Shown here one piece after another: positions 1 to 11,371 of a stretch of DNA of 64,000 nt. Every line of letters begins with the position of its first letter. Positions within the stretch are counted from its first letter, which is position 1. The translations under genes and the position numbers were made by a program. The notes under the pieces are model-generated. The model ran no database searches. It was not told the DNA's origin and was given only the letters and a program-made list of their open reading frames with translations. The stretch covers positions 16,286,354 to 16,350,353 of the forward strand of contig NC_069008.1 in the NCBI RefSeq assembly GCF_001194135.2, given 5' to 3'. This DNA is from Octopus bimaculoides (Eukaryota).

Positions 1-1
1 T

Positions 2-1100
2 AGACACATACGTATTCATACAGGAGAGAAACCACATCACTGTGTTATCTGTGGTAAATCATTCTCTGCAAAAGATAGCTTAATTATACACAAGTATATT
101 CATACAGGTGACAAGCCATTTCACTGTGATACCTGTGATAAATCATTCTCTACTAAAGGTGACTTAAGAAACCACATACGTGTTCATACAGGAGAGAAAC
201 CATACCACTGTATTACCTGTGGTAGATCATTCTCTTCAAAAGCTAACTTAACTAGACACAAAAATACTCACACACGTGAGAAGACTTTTTATTGTGATGC
301 CTGTGGTAAATCATTCTCTACAAAAGACAGATTAATTTCACACAAAAATACTCACACANNNNNNNNNNAAATCATTCTCTACAAAAGACAGATTAATTTC
401 ACACAAAAATACTCACACACGTGAGAAGACTTTTTATTGTGATGCCTGTGGTAAATCATTCTCTACAAAATGTAAATTAGCTAGACACAAATGTATTCGT
501 ACAGGCAAGAAGCGATATCACTGTGTTTACTGTGGTGAATCAGTTTCTACAAAAGCCATCTTAACTATACACATGCATATTCACACAGGAGAAAAGCCAT
601 ATCATTGTGATGTCTGTGGTAAATCATTCTTTCGAAACGATCACTTAACTACACACAAACGTATTCACACAGGAGAAAAACCATTTCAATGTGATGTCTG
701 TGGTAAATCATTCTCTAGGAGTGGTGACTTGACCGTACACAGACGTATTCATACAGGAGAGAAGCCATATAATTGTTATATCTGTGGTAAATCATTCTCT
801 TCAACCTCTTATTTAAATATACATAAACGCATTCATACTGGAGAAAAGCCATTTCACTGTGATGTCTGTGGTAAATCATTCTCTGGGATAGGTGTCTTGA
901 CTAAACACTATCGTACTCATACAGGAGAAAAACCACATCATTGTGATATCTGTGGTAAATCATTCACTGAGAGTAACAAATTAACCAGTCACAAACGTAG
1001 TCATACCGGGGAGAAACCGTATCACTGTGGTATCTGTGGTAAATCATTCTCTCAGAGTAGTAACTTAACTAGACATGTATCTATCCATGTAAAGGTGTGA
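2..1100 (+). CDS. C2H2 zinc-finger array gene A0 (5'-partial, crosses a 10-N gap)
   Basis: Continuous CxxC-12-HxxxH/TGEKP repeats from the window edge. 369-1100 is one open frame including the 573 ORF and ends [15 protein letters not shown]. One finger lacks its second His (HKCIRT). Confidence 0.9.
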
Positions 1101-1317
1101 TTTGTCAAAATTCATTAGAACACCCAATAAGAACCAATATTCTAAAACTATTTTCCCTGCTAAATCATGGCTTAACTTTTGTGCCCTTCACAATAATCAT
1201 TGAACCCTTGACAGTAAACATACATGTTTCAAGTATAAACAGAGACATATATCTATTCCATATAACATACCTGGAACAAGTATGCTATGACATATATCTA
1301 TCTATCCATCTATATAT

Positions 1318-1822
1318 GACCGGCTTCTTTCAGTTTTCCTCTACCAAATCCACTCACAAGTCTTTGGTCTGCCAGAGACAGTAGTAGAGACACATGTTCA
1401 AGGTGCTGCGCAGTGGAACTGAACCTGGAACCCTGTGGTTGGTAAGCTAGCTACTTTATTTCTTTTCTTTTAAATTGCCATAAAGGCATTACATAGAGGG
1501 GGGCACTACGACACATGTGGGGACATATAAGAATTAATATAAAAATGTGATGCTATGAATCATATTTAACAAGTTCAGTTTGCTGCACTGGTGGTTCAAA
1601 AACGCCCACTGGCAACAAACTGCACACGATCTGCTGGTAAAAACAAAATAACTGCCAAAGCGAAATGCCCCAGAGCTGGGCAGAATTTACTGTAAAAAAT
1701 AAACAATACACAAGAATTCCACCCAGCTCAAAAGACAAAATCATTTATCTTGACGGCGACACTCTTACGGAGCTGAAAAGCTCACGTCCCTTTAAAGCTA
1801 TTTACCACACAGCCACTCCCTG
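1318..1822 (-). mobile_element. tRNA-like SINE (GGAGTGGCTGTGTGGTAAG family) split by a ~340-bp insertion
   Basis: Body at 1318-1455 and head at 1795-1822 match the copies at 41098-41445. AGCTACTT/AGCTATTT is duplicated around the insert. Confidence 0.7.
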
Positions 1823-2189
1823 TGCCTATAGAGAGAGAAAAAGAGACATGTGCGTCTTGTCTATATACATATAGGAATGTGGATGTATGGAAGTACATAC
1901 GTAGGAGAGTATCCAGGATTAGCATGTAAGGGGGTGTGGGGGTATAGTATGTGATTTTCTTAAGGGGCTGGGCAGAGTGTGTATTATAGAAGTGTACAAA
2001 TTTGGAAGTTTAGTGGCAATGGTTTGGTGTGAGATGTAGATATTTGGAATCATAATGAATGTGTGAGGAAAGGAAAGGTGGTGGAATCGGGTCTGAGTGT
2101 TGTGCATGGTGGTGGGGTTAGTGATCCACTGTTTTCCAAAAAGTCCCTCTATATCTTACACTGTTGTTTCTCTTTTTTTATTACAGAAT

Positions 2190-2460
2190 ACAAGACCTTT
2201 GGAAATATGCTGTGCTCGAGAAGACCCGGCAAGCCAAGTGAGACCATAACCTGTGGCCTATGCCAGTGGTGTAACCAGCCCGCCCACTTAGGCGTACCTT
2301 TCTTTCATTGGACACTAAACTCTGCTTGTGAAGACTTGTTGAGACAAGTGAAATCAAAATCAAATTCGATGACAGTACTGCATGACTGGCATCCGTGCTT
2401 GTGGAGTGCGAAGAGCACCATCCGAGCGTGATCGTTGCCAGGGCTGTTCACTGGGCCCCG
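2190..2460 (+). mobile_element. RTE-type LINE 3' UTR fragment
   Basis: Matches sequence directly after the RTE ORF end at 33360-33500 and the repeat at 62922-63245. Confidence 0.6.
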
Positions 2461-3919
2461 TATCAAAATTCATTGCATTTCATAACAACCAACATTTCAC
2501 AACCTTTTCCCCTGATGAACTGTGACTTAGTCCTCTGGTCTTAACAGTAATCTGTAAAGCTTTCACTTTAATCATACTCCTCATTGTTCTTTTTGTGAAG
2601 TACTATTTTCTAACCACATTCTCTGTTTGTAGCCACTTTAGTAGCCTCTTGCAACATACAGGGATATGGGATTCTATCTGTATCCACTTCTGTTCTACAC
2701 TAGGGTTAATATAGTGTTGGAAAGCATTGAGGCATTGGTACTGCTGAACTGGATTGGATCTGATCACACTTTGCTAGGAAGAGAAGTAAGAGAGAACATT
2801 TTACAACCTTTTCCCCTTATGGACCCTGAGTTAGTCCTGTGGTCTTAACAGTAATCTGTAAAGCCTTCACTTTAATCATACTCATAGTTCTATCTTTGAG
2901 GTACTATTTTCTGACCACATTCTCTGGTTGTATTCACTTTGGTTGTCTCTTGCAACTTACAGAGATATGGTATTCTCTTTTTGAAATGCGTATCCGAAAA
3001 TATACAAAAAATATGTGGCCCATATGACATCAGGACAGTATTCTAGAGGAATACCACACTTTGCAAATATCTCCTTCGAGTAAAACCAGTAATAGAAGAG
3101 AATATGACCAAAGACTATGTGTGCTGTGTTCTATGCAGCTGTGGTAGGTGATACAAAGGCGAAACATGCCGTCTCCTCAAAATAAGGGTAGAGGAACAAC
3201 GCAAAACTGTGACATGAGGAGATATGTAGAATGAAGTTAAAATAATAGACAGAACACCACTGCAAAATATGAAAAGTAAAAGAAGCAGCACATATGCTAG
3301 GACACAACAACCTCCTGAGCAAATTGAGTACAGATATAAGCAACATATGGGAACCGGTATTAAGGAATGATAGGAAAATATTAGATTTATAAGGCCTAAA
3401 ATTTACTCCATAATTGCTCATGGGCATATGGCGTAGTGGTTAAGAGTGTGGGCAACTAACCACAACATTCCAAGTTCGATTCCTGAATAATAAGAATGAC
3501 ATAGAAAAATACGAAAATTCCCATGGAGACATGATGAGGGCTGGAGAGTATATCAGCCGTCAAATGTAAATGTTCTGCATAATTGCTCTTCCCTCAAATA
3601 CAGAACTGTAGTTGTAAATCTGTATATTTATGTAAAAAAATCAGTTCCTGCTAGTCTTTGGTCAAAGATACGTCTTCTCTGCAGCTCCATGCGACTAAGA
3701 TGTCTCTTCACCTCAGCACAAGATATGTGGTTCGTAACCGAAGATATTTTATGACAGACACATTCTCAAAATGACTGCATACATACTGTAATAAAAATAT
3801 TATATGTTACTTCTTTCAGTGCAAAACCAAAAAGGTGTACACAGAATAAACAATATATTTATACACAAAAATGTCTTATGGTGATTCATTTAATAACACA
3901 CACTTTAACAACCAGCTAT

Positions 3920-4340
3920 AGCTGCTATAAAATAGTATGTAATTATGGTTCAGCTTCTTGTCTCAGATATCATCGACCTCTCTTCACACAAGGGGAACAT
4001 TGGCTATGTATAGACAAATACTATGTATACTATACTATGTATAGACCAATACTTCTTGGTGACCGGGTCTTCACCTGAAATCAGTTAGTGGAAGCGTGCT
4101 ACAATATATATGCAACAATAGCGACGAAAATAATTTGTGTTTTCTATTTAAAGTCCAGATGAAAAAATTCCAGAAGGGAGAGGAAAGTGCATTGATTTGT
4201 TGTTGATTAAAAGCCATTTAACCCTTATCTGTAAAATAGGGGACAACCAATTAACGACGTAATGCTGTGATCAAATATTTAATCACAAAGGTGATGGTAC
4301 ACCGACCCTGGAATATGTAAGTTGCCCTGTCTTGGCGAAA
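3920..4340 (-). pseudogene. Ghost of a B-type gene upstream region (module B, mini-exon and intron)
   Basis: Aligns by eye to 50290-50990 and 59700-59970. Minus-strand CTAACTGATTTCAG acceptor at 4075-4088. Confidence 0.6.
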
Positions 4341-4344
4341 TTCT

Positions 4345-4510
4345 TAGAGGTATTTCGTCTGTCTTTACGTTGTGAGTTCAAATTCTGCCGAGGTTGATTT
4401 TGCCTTGCATCCCATCGGAGGTCGATAAATTAAATACCAGTTGCGTGCTGAGGTTGATCAAATCGACTGGCCCCGTCCCCGAAAATCGAATCTTTTGTTC
4501 TTAGAGCAAA
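4345..4510 (+). mobile_element. tRNA-derived SINE remnant (GAGCTGGCAGAA family)
   Basis: B-box-like GAGTTCAAATTC followed by GGTCGATAAATTAA body. Relatives at 9025, 18560 and 45765. Confidence 0.6.
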
Positions 4511-5425
4511 AAGGATATTTAATTATAAAAACACAATAGGAACTTTTTAATTATCGAACGGCCGTGATTATCCATAGGATTGAAACAAGAATCGAACGTA
4601 GTCTATATGTATTAAAAAGAGGGGTGGGGTGAGAATCACTGAGATAAACAATAAATTCGTATGCAGAAGGCTGTCTCGACATGGTCTCCGAACCTGCTAA
4701 AATAGCAGCCAAATGCCCCTGCTATTACGTAATTTTGGAAGGATTTCAATCGTATGTGTCTGTATTAAACTGACACATCCGATTAGCTCTGCTAATTAAA
4801 AGCACTGACAGTTGACAGTGGCGTTAATAATTCGATATGACATCAATGACATACGCCAAGAGATACAGACATCATTCATAAACGCCTTCCCTTCGGCCAT
4901 TTTTTTTTCCGTTTTATACAAACAGGATGAGTGACCACTTTTCGATTTTTCTATCGACATGTTTCTATGTATAGTTTTCCCTGTCGATATTCACTAAAGC
5001 TCTATGTTCGCGGAAGTTGTGCCAGAACACGGCATTTCATACGTGAAAATAATTTCCCATAGACTTTGATGTCTGAAGGGAGTCAACGAGACAGTGCAAG
5101 CTTGTGTGTTTAAAATATATTTCAGTGTGGGATTAATAGACTCGTGACAACGAACATAAAGTTAGTAATGTTAATCATAATGGTTTCAAATCTTCCGAGA
5201 AGGACAGCGATTTGTGGGGAGAGGACGAGTCGATTACATCGATGTCTGAGTTTCAATATTATTTCATCTACCCTGAAAGGATAAAAGGTTAAGTCGACTC
5301 CGGCGGAATTTGAAGTCAGGCAGTAGCGACAGGTGAAGTACTCCTAACCATTTCGTCCAGCACGCTAACAACGATTGTGTCAGATGAAGCAATATTAACC
5401 ACAGGGAAGTATTAGATTTCTTGCA

Positions 5426-5730
5426 TTGTTGGCACTCCGTCGCTTACGACGTCGAGGGTTCCAGTTGATCCGATCAACGGAACAGCCTGCTCGTGAAGGC
5501 TCCACAGACACGTGTACCCTTAACGTAGTTCTTGGGAGAGATTCAGTGTGACAAGGCTGGCCCTTTGAAATACAGGTACAACAGGAACAGGAAGAAAAAG
5601 TACAGCAGGGTTCGCCACCATCCCCTACCGGAGCCTTGTGGGGCTTTAGATGTTTTCGCTCAAAACACTCACAACGCCCCGGTCTGGGAATCGAAACCGC
5701 GGCCCTAACCACTGGGCCATTGCGCCTCCA
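5426..5730 (-). mobile_element. tRNA-derived SINE (GTGGAGGCGCAATGGCCCAGTGG family), internally deleted
   Basis: A box TGGCCCAGTGG and B box GGTTTCGATTCC on the minus strand. GAAGTATTAGAT at 5406-5417 and 5732-5743 is the likely TSD. Confidence 0.85.
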
Positions 5731-5812
5731 CGAAGTATTAGATATATCTCTTAGAACTAAACCTCCAAGGCCGCTATTGACACTAAGGAAGATTAGCCAG
5801 ATATTAACTACA

Positions 5813-6057
5813 GTAACCATGGTTACTTGCATCAAAACATTTTCTTTTTCACCACTTTATCTTAACATTTTTGGTTTTACTTAGTAGAGAGCGGTGGGTT
5901 TACTTTAGTCACATGACACACCATACTTCCGTTTCGATTACAACTTGCTTGACTCAGGAAAGGAACAATAGCGTGTTTTTGTTTGTTTTTTTCACAGACA
6001 TTTGGTGTGAGTAAACATATTTTAACACTAAATATCGATTTGTATAGCATAACAGGT
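5813..6057 (+). promoter_or_regulatory. Promoter cassette and non-coding exon 1 of A1
   Basis: Palindrome GTAACCATGGTTAC 5813-5826, GTCACATGAC 5908-5917, ACTTCCG 5925-5931, donor CAG|GTAAG at 6056. Matching acceptor TTTCAG ends at 6771. Confidence 0.7.
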
Positions 6058-6429
6058 AAGATACACACACCTATCTATCGATTGATTGTACGTACCGGAC
6101 CTCTTGTCCGGCTTGCAGAAATCCGAGAATACAGTTCCGTGCATTGAGTGCTCGTTTCCCCCTTGTCTCTGAAGGTGATCAGGTTTTCAGCTTTAAACTT
6201 TGTGGGTCCTTGCTGCCATCTTTTGTCTTTAGCTTCTCCGGTCATATCTTTGAGCGATGTTGAGCTGAATGTTCCTAAGTAGACTAAGTTTCACCAAAGA
6301 ACAGATGGAATGACACACTCAAGACAACAGGGGCTAATTTCCTATTTTACTTTCGGAAATGTCTTTCAGAGAGAAGTCGTGGGCCCAGCAATACGATAGA
6401 AGGATGATATTGAAGAAAGTGACCTAACA

Positions 6430-6610
6430 CCATTCAATTTTTTTTTTCTCCGTGTTTTTCTCCTTGTTTCTCCGTATTCTTTCTGGTGAAGAGCGTAGCT
6501 CGAAACGTTAAAGACTTTCTGTATTCCCGAGCGTCATACTAATACATCCTTTTGTTCTTTACACCACCTGTCCTCGTCTGTTGTTTTTTTTTTCGTACAT
6601 TCTCCTATAT
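6430..6610 (+). mobile_element. Penelope-like element 3' end in intron 1 of A1
   Basis: TGAAGAGCGTAGCTCGAAACGT motif typical of Penelope termini. Absent from paralogous introns. Confidence 0.4.
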
Positions 6611-7187
6611 ATATATACTCACACTCAATGTGGAGGTGTAGTTATAATTTACAAATCTTTAGATTTCGCCCAATGTTACATGATGTCATTTGTTAATCAA
6701 TAAAGAAATGTTAAAACATTTCCATTTTGATCTCTCCTCTGTATCTAAATGCTGTTTCTTTATTATTTCAGATTAACGGATGACATTGGCACAAAACAAT
6801 TTTTTTAGCATTGGATACATCTGGAATATTTACCATGTTTTTTGAAGATGAAAGGAAAATGTTTTAGAGAACAGAAATAATAACCCAACTGCTATAAATC
6901 TAGGGTTGAATTAATGTGAAATATTTGCTCTGATTGAAGATTAATAGCACCATTTCTCCCTCTCATTATCTGGTGCTTTTGCATTCTAATTAAACTTGAA
7001 TATGTTTGCAAAGCAGTTTACACAAATTTAGATATGAATAACTTGATAGCTGTAGAAATATCTCTACGGAATAAATTATAACAAAAACAAGAAAAAGGAA
7101 ATGCTGTGTTGAGAAAAGTTGGATAAGGGAAAAATTTAATATTTTGAGAAAGTTGAATGGTTGGATCCATTTTTATCTCTTAGAGAA

Positions 7188-8303
7188 ATGTCAAAAGCAT
7201 TAGGGAAATTAGGATATCATTGTAAAATTTGTGATAAGTCATTCTCTACACATAGTAATTTGGTTAAACACATTCGTGTTCATACAGGTGAAAAGCCATT
7301 TCGCTGTGTTACCTGTGGTAAATCATTCTGTCAAAATGGTAACTTAACTAAACACATACGTATTCATACAGGAGAGAAACCACATCACTGTGTTATCTGT
7401 GGTAAATCATTTTCTACAAAAGATAGCTTAACTAGACACAAATATATTCATACAGGTGAGAAGCCATTTCATTGTGATACCTGTGGTCAGTCATTCTCTG
7501 AAAAGAATAATTTAACTAAACACATACGTATTCACACAGGTGAGAAACCATATAATTGTGATGTTTGTGGTGAATCATTCTCTGAAAAGAATAACTTAAC
7601 TAAACACAAATTTATTCATACAGGGGAGACACCATATGACTGTGATACCTGTGGTAAATCACTTTCTACAAAAAGTAGCTTAACTAAACACATACGTATC
7701 CACACAGGAGAAAAGCCATTTCACTGTGATGTCTGTGGTAAATCATTCTCTGGGAGTAGTGACTTGACTACACACAAACGTACTCATACAGGAGAGAAAC
7801 CATATAACTGTGATATCTGTGGTAAATCATTCTCTACAACCTCTTATTTAATTCAACACAAACGTATTCATACTGGAGAAAAGCCATTTCAATGTGATGT
7901 CTGTGATAAATCATTCTCTCGAATTGGTGACATGACTCAACACAGACGTATTCATACAGGAGAAAAACCATATAATTGTGGTATCTGTGGTAAATCATTC
8001 TCTAGAATCTCTTGTTTAATTCAACACAAACTTATTCATACTGGAGAAAAGCCATTTCACTGTGATGTCTGTGGTAAATCATTCTCTCGAATTGGTGACT
8101 TGACTAAACACAAACGTACTCATACGGGAGAAAAACCATATAATTGTGATATCTGTGGTAAATCATTCTCTGAGAGTAGCAGCTTAACTAGTCACAAACG
8201 TAGTCATACAGGGGAGAGACCATATCACTGTGATATCTGTAGTAAATCATTCTCTCAGAGAAGTAACTTAACTAGACATGCATCTATCCATGTAAAAGTG
8301 TGA
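7188..8303 (+). CDS. C2H2 zinc-finger gene A1, 13 fingers
   Basis: ATG at 7188 (MSKALGK), aligned with paralog starts; the track's 7161 start is a TTG. Ends HASIHVKV*. Confidence 0.93.
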   Translation: MSKALGKLGYHCKICDKSFSTHSNLVKHIRVHTGEKPFRCVTCGKSFCQNGNLTKHIRIHTGEKPHHCVICGKSFSTKDSLTRHKYIHTGEKPFHCDTCGQSFSEKNNLTKHIRIHTGEKPYNCDVCGESFSEKNNLTKHKFIHTGETPYDCDTCGKSLSTKSSLTKHIRIHTGEKPFHCDVCGKSFSGSSDLTTHKRTHTGEKPYNCDICGKSFSTTSYLIQHKRIHTGEKPFQCDVCDKSFSRIGDMTQHRRIHTGEKPYNCGICGKSFSRISCLIQHKLIHTGEKPFHCDVCGKSFSRIGDLTKHKRTHTGEKPYNCDICGKSFSESSSLTSHKRSHTGERPYHCDICSKSFSQRSNLTRHASIHVKV

Positions 8304-8369
8304 TTATATCATTGTGAAAATTTATCAGAACACTGAACAACAACCAATATTTTAAAACCATTTCCTCGA

Positions 8370-8500
8370 AAACTTCCCCAAGAGACCTGATGAAGGCTGG
8401 AGACTATATCAGCCGAAACGTGTCAACAACAAACAAGATGAGGACAAATATGTCAAATGTAAATAGTGTACATAATTCCTCATCTCTCAAATATACGTGC
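8370..8500 (+). mobile_element. Penelope-like 3' end truncating the A1 3' UTR homology
   Basis: CTGATGAAGG...CCGAAACG motif. A shorter relative lies at 3520-3610. Confidence 0.45.
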
Positions 8501-9024
8501 GACTCACATGTCTAATCACCTAGACACAAGATATATGATTTGCAAACAAAGATAGTTTATAACACGCATTCTCAAAATGGTTCTTCTCCTTACACATATA
8601 CATACATACTGTAATACAAATATTATATGTTACTTCTTTCAGTGCAAAAGCAAAAATCAAAACTTTCTTTGTATGTAAACACATGTTTTTGTATCAAACT
8701 ACATGCTTCCACCACAAAAGGTGAACACAGAATAAAGAATATATTTATACACAAAAATGTCTTGTGGTGATTCATACTAACTGTTTTTCCATTTAATACT
8801 GCATAACATTGGATTACAAGGCACATTACATAAAGATAAATATATAACAGGCACTTTATTTCACATTGAAGTGTACCTGTAACTGAAAGGGCCAATCTTG
8901 TCACATTCTGCATCATCTCCCTGAGAACTACATTAATGTTACACATGTCTGTGGAGTGCTCAGCCAGTTGCTTGTTAATTCCATGAGCAGGCTGTTCAAT
9001 TGATCGTAACCAACAAAGTGCCAG

Positions 9025-9167
9025 TTATAAATACTTAATTTATCGACCCCGAAGTGATGAAAGGCAGTGTCAACCTTGGCTGAATTTGAACTCAGAATGT
9101 AAAGACAGACGAAATACTACGAAGCATTTCGCCCAGCATGCTAATGGTTCTGCCAGCTCGCTGCCTT
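9025..9167 (-). mobile_element. tRNA-derived SINE (GAGCTGGCAGAA family)
   Basis: Reverse complement reads GAGCTGGCAGAACC...CTGAGTTCAAATTC...GGTCGATAAATTAAG. Confidence 0.7.
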
Positions 9168-9295
9168 GTTTATTATTAAATGCTATTAGGGATTGTATTA
9201 AAATAAATTGCTGAAATAGTTTTCTCTATTGTAGAAGTAATCCATGTGGTTGTTGAATTTCATTAGAAATAACAGTCAAATCTCCTTTACACTTT

Positions 9296-9622
9296 CATCA
9301 TCATCGTTTAACATCCGCTTTCCATGCTAGCATGGGTTGGACGACTTGACTGAGGACTGGTGAAACCGGATGGCAACACCAGGCTCCAATCTAAATTTGG
9401 CAGAGTTTCTACAGCTGGATGCCCTTCCTAACGCCAACCACTCAGAGAGCGTAGTGGGTGCTTTTACGTGTCACCCGCACGAAGGCCAGTCAGGCGATAC
9501 TGGCAACGGCCACGCTCGAAATGGTGTCTTTTATGTGCCACCCGCACAAGAGCCAGTCCAGGGGCACTGGCAACGATCTCGCTCGAAAATCCTATGGAGG
9601 CCAGTCAGGCAGTACTGGCAAC
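9296..9622 (-). mobile_element. RTE LINE 3' UTR with (ATG)n tail
   Basis: Near-identical to 42571-42828, which follows an RTE RT C-terminus. CATCATCATC tail at 9296. Confidence 0.8.
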
Positions 9623-9769
9623 TTTGCTCTAACATTTTAAAAGTGAAGGACACATTAGATAACGTTGTCCTACATCTTCAATAAAAATACAGAATGGCTC
9701 ATTCTGGTCTCACCTGGGTTTAAACTGATCGGCATTTGTGAGTGTACCGCAGTAGTAATTGCCATGAAC

Positions 9770-10680
9770 GACTTTCTTACTCCTGTCAATCTGTCAAACA
9801 CGTACACTTACATAACACATCCAGCGCAGAATACCAGCTTCATTCCTTTCTAGCTTTTGCATGTATTCAGAGTGCATGTCTTACAACCATGTAGAATTGC
9901 TGTCTGTATACATGCATTATACAATCTTACTTTCACTTGGACAGAGAAACCTTTCTTGTAGTCAACACAGATCAAAGGTACCTGAATTTCCTCTATCCTA
10001 TTTTTATTCTAGCTATTCCATTCTTCATACATCTTACCTCACTACTAATTTGGTCTCCTAGGTAGCAGAAGTTATCTACTACCTCTGATGAGCTTCCAGG
10101 GCATTTGAGAAAATCAAATTCCCGAGTCTCTAAAGTTTCTATGGATCCTGTGCATCTTCCACATGTGAAAACTATCTTCTTGTGTAACGTTCCTATTATT
10201 CCTTTCCACCTCTTGTATGTCTGTAGCTTACACGGTGTATACCGTATGAAGCTCCTGCCTACATCTTCTCTACAAATCAAATGGGACTGTCTACCTGAGG
10301 TGATGGGTATGGTCCTATCAGCTTTCTTGCTTACTAGGTCCTTACTTTTTGCCAAGTTAAGCATCTTAAGGCTTTTAAACTCCAGGTTTTGCTTCCACAC
10401 CTGGAATTTCTCTTCTAGTTCTAATATGGAATCTGCTATGAAGGCAAGATCATCAACATTTAGTAGTTTCCAGGGGCTGCTGTTCTTAAATTCCTCTGTT
10501 ATGGCATGAAGGACAATGATGAAAAGGAGGAAACTGAGGACTGAGCCTCGATGAGACCCTATTTGTACACCAAATTCATTGCTGAACTCGTAATTGGTCC
10601 TCACCTTACGGATAGCATCTTTGTACATGGCCTATACAGCTTACATCAACTCATCTATCCCTAGCCTCCTCAGAAGTTGT
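9770..10680 (-). mobile_element. Degenerate RTE-clade reverse transcriptase
   Basis: Translation gives G.HRGSVLSFLLFIIVL, NVDDL (YADD site) and FCYLGD, then RLYNA...LERNEAGILRWMC, with stops and frameshifts. Confidence 0.85.
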
Positions 10681-11231
10681 GTTTAGGAAATAATTATATG
10701 TAACGGTGCAATAAAATATGATCTACAACTTTGACCACTGTTCTTGTTCCTTGAAGTCCAACACGACATCCGCACTCAAAAACGCCAAGAGTGAATGATG
10801 TTTTATGTGACACATTCTACCAGTATACGAATTTTGAAAGGGTGTAGTCATAAAAAATTATATTTTTAAATCTGCCTGCCAAAGGGTAAAGATCCCGTTT
10901 CTTTTCTTCAACACCCGATAGAAGGGAGTCTCGACATGGTCGCTGAACCTGCTAAAATAGCAGCCAAAAGCCCCCTATCTTCATGCAATATTGAAAGAAG
11001 GATTTTGACTGTATGCCTGTTTATTAAACTCACTGATCCAAAATAATTAGCTGAGCTCTGGTAATTAAAAACACCTACGGTTGGCAGTGGAGTTAATATT
11101 CCCTTCGTTTGAATGACAGTAGTGACATACGTTAAGAAATCCCAGCATCATTAATACATTCAGAAACAGATTTTATTTGATTTATACAAACAAAATGAGA
11201 AACCACTTTTCGACACCTCTATCGATGTTTC

Positions 11232-11371
11232 GGTAAATTTTCAGATTAACACCTGCACGATCTTCACTATCGTTTTAGGGTTTAGGGTTAGAGACAGAAT
11301 TCTCTGACCCGAAGACCCTAACCCTAACATCCTAGTGAAAATCGTGCGGGTGTTAATAGGGAAAATTTACC
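11232..11371. mobile_element. 140-bp MITE, GG...CC ends, 8-bp TSD (Merlin-like family 1)
   Basis: TIRs GGTAAATTTTCAGATTAACACC..GCACGAT. TSD GATGTTTC at 11224-11231 and 11372-11379. Empty sites in paralogs near 4958 and 18355. Confidence 0.85.

Noticed and set aside
320-420. Apparent exact finger duplication around the 10-N gap in A0
   Set aside because: Identical sequence on both sides of a tiny gap is typical of unmerged contig overlap, so the frame change across it is not evidence of a frameshift.
3660-3880. Possible decayed minus-strand fingers shared with 8500-8800
   Set aside because: Only faint GEEPF/AEKTY-like traces, which could not be supported without a profile search.
5395-5884. 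ORFs overlapping SINE copies (also at 28.4-28.8, 51.6-52.0, 54.0-54.3 and 56.6 kb)
   Set aside because: Chance frames inside a non-coding repeat.
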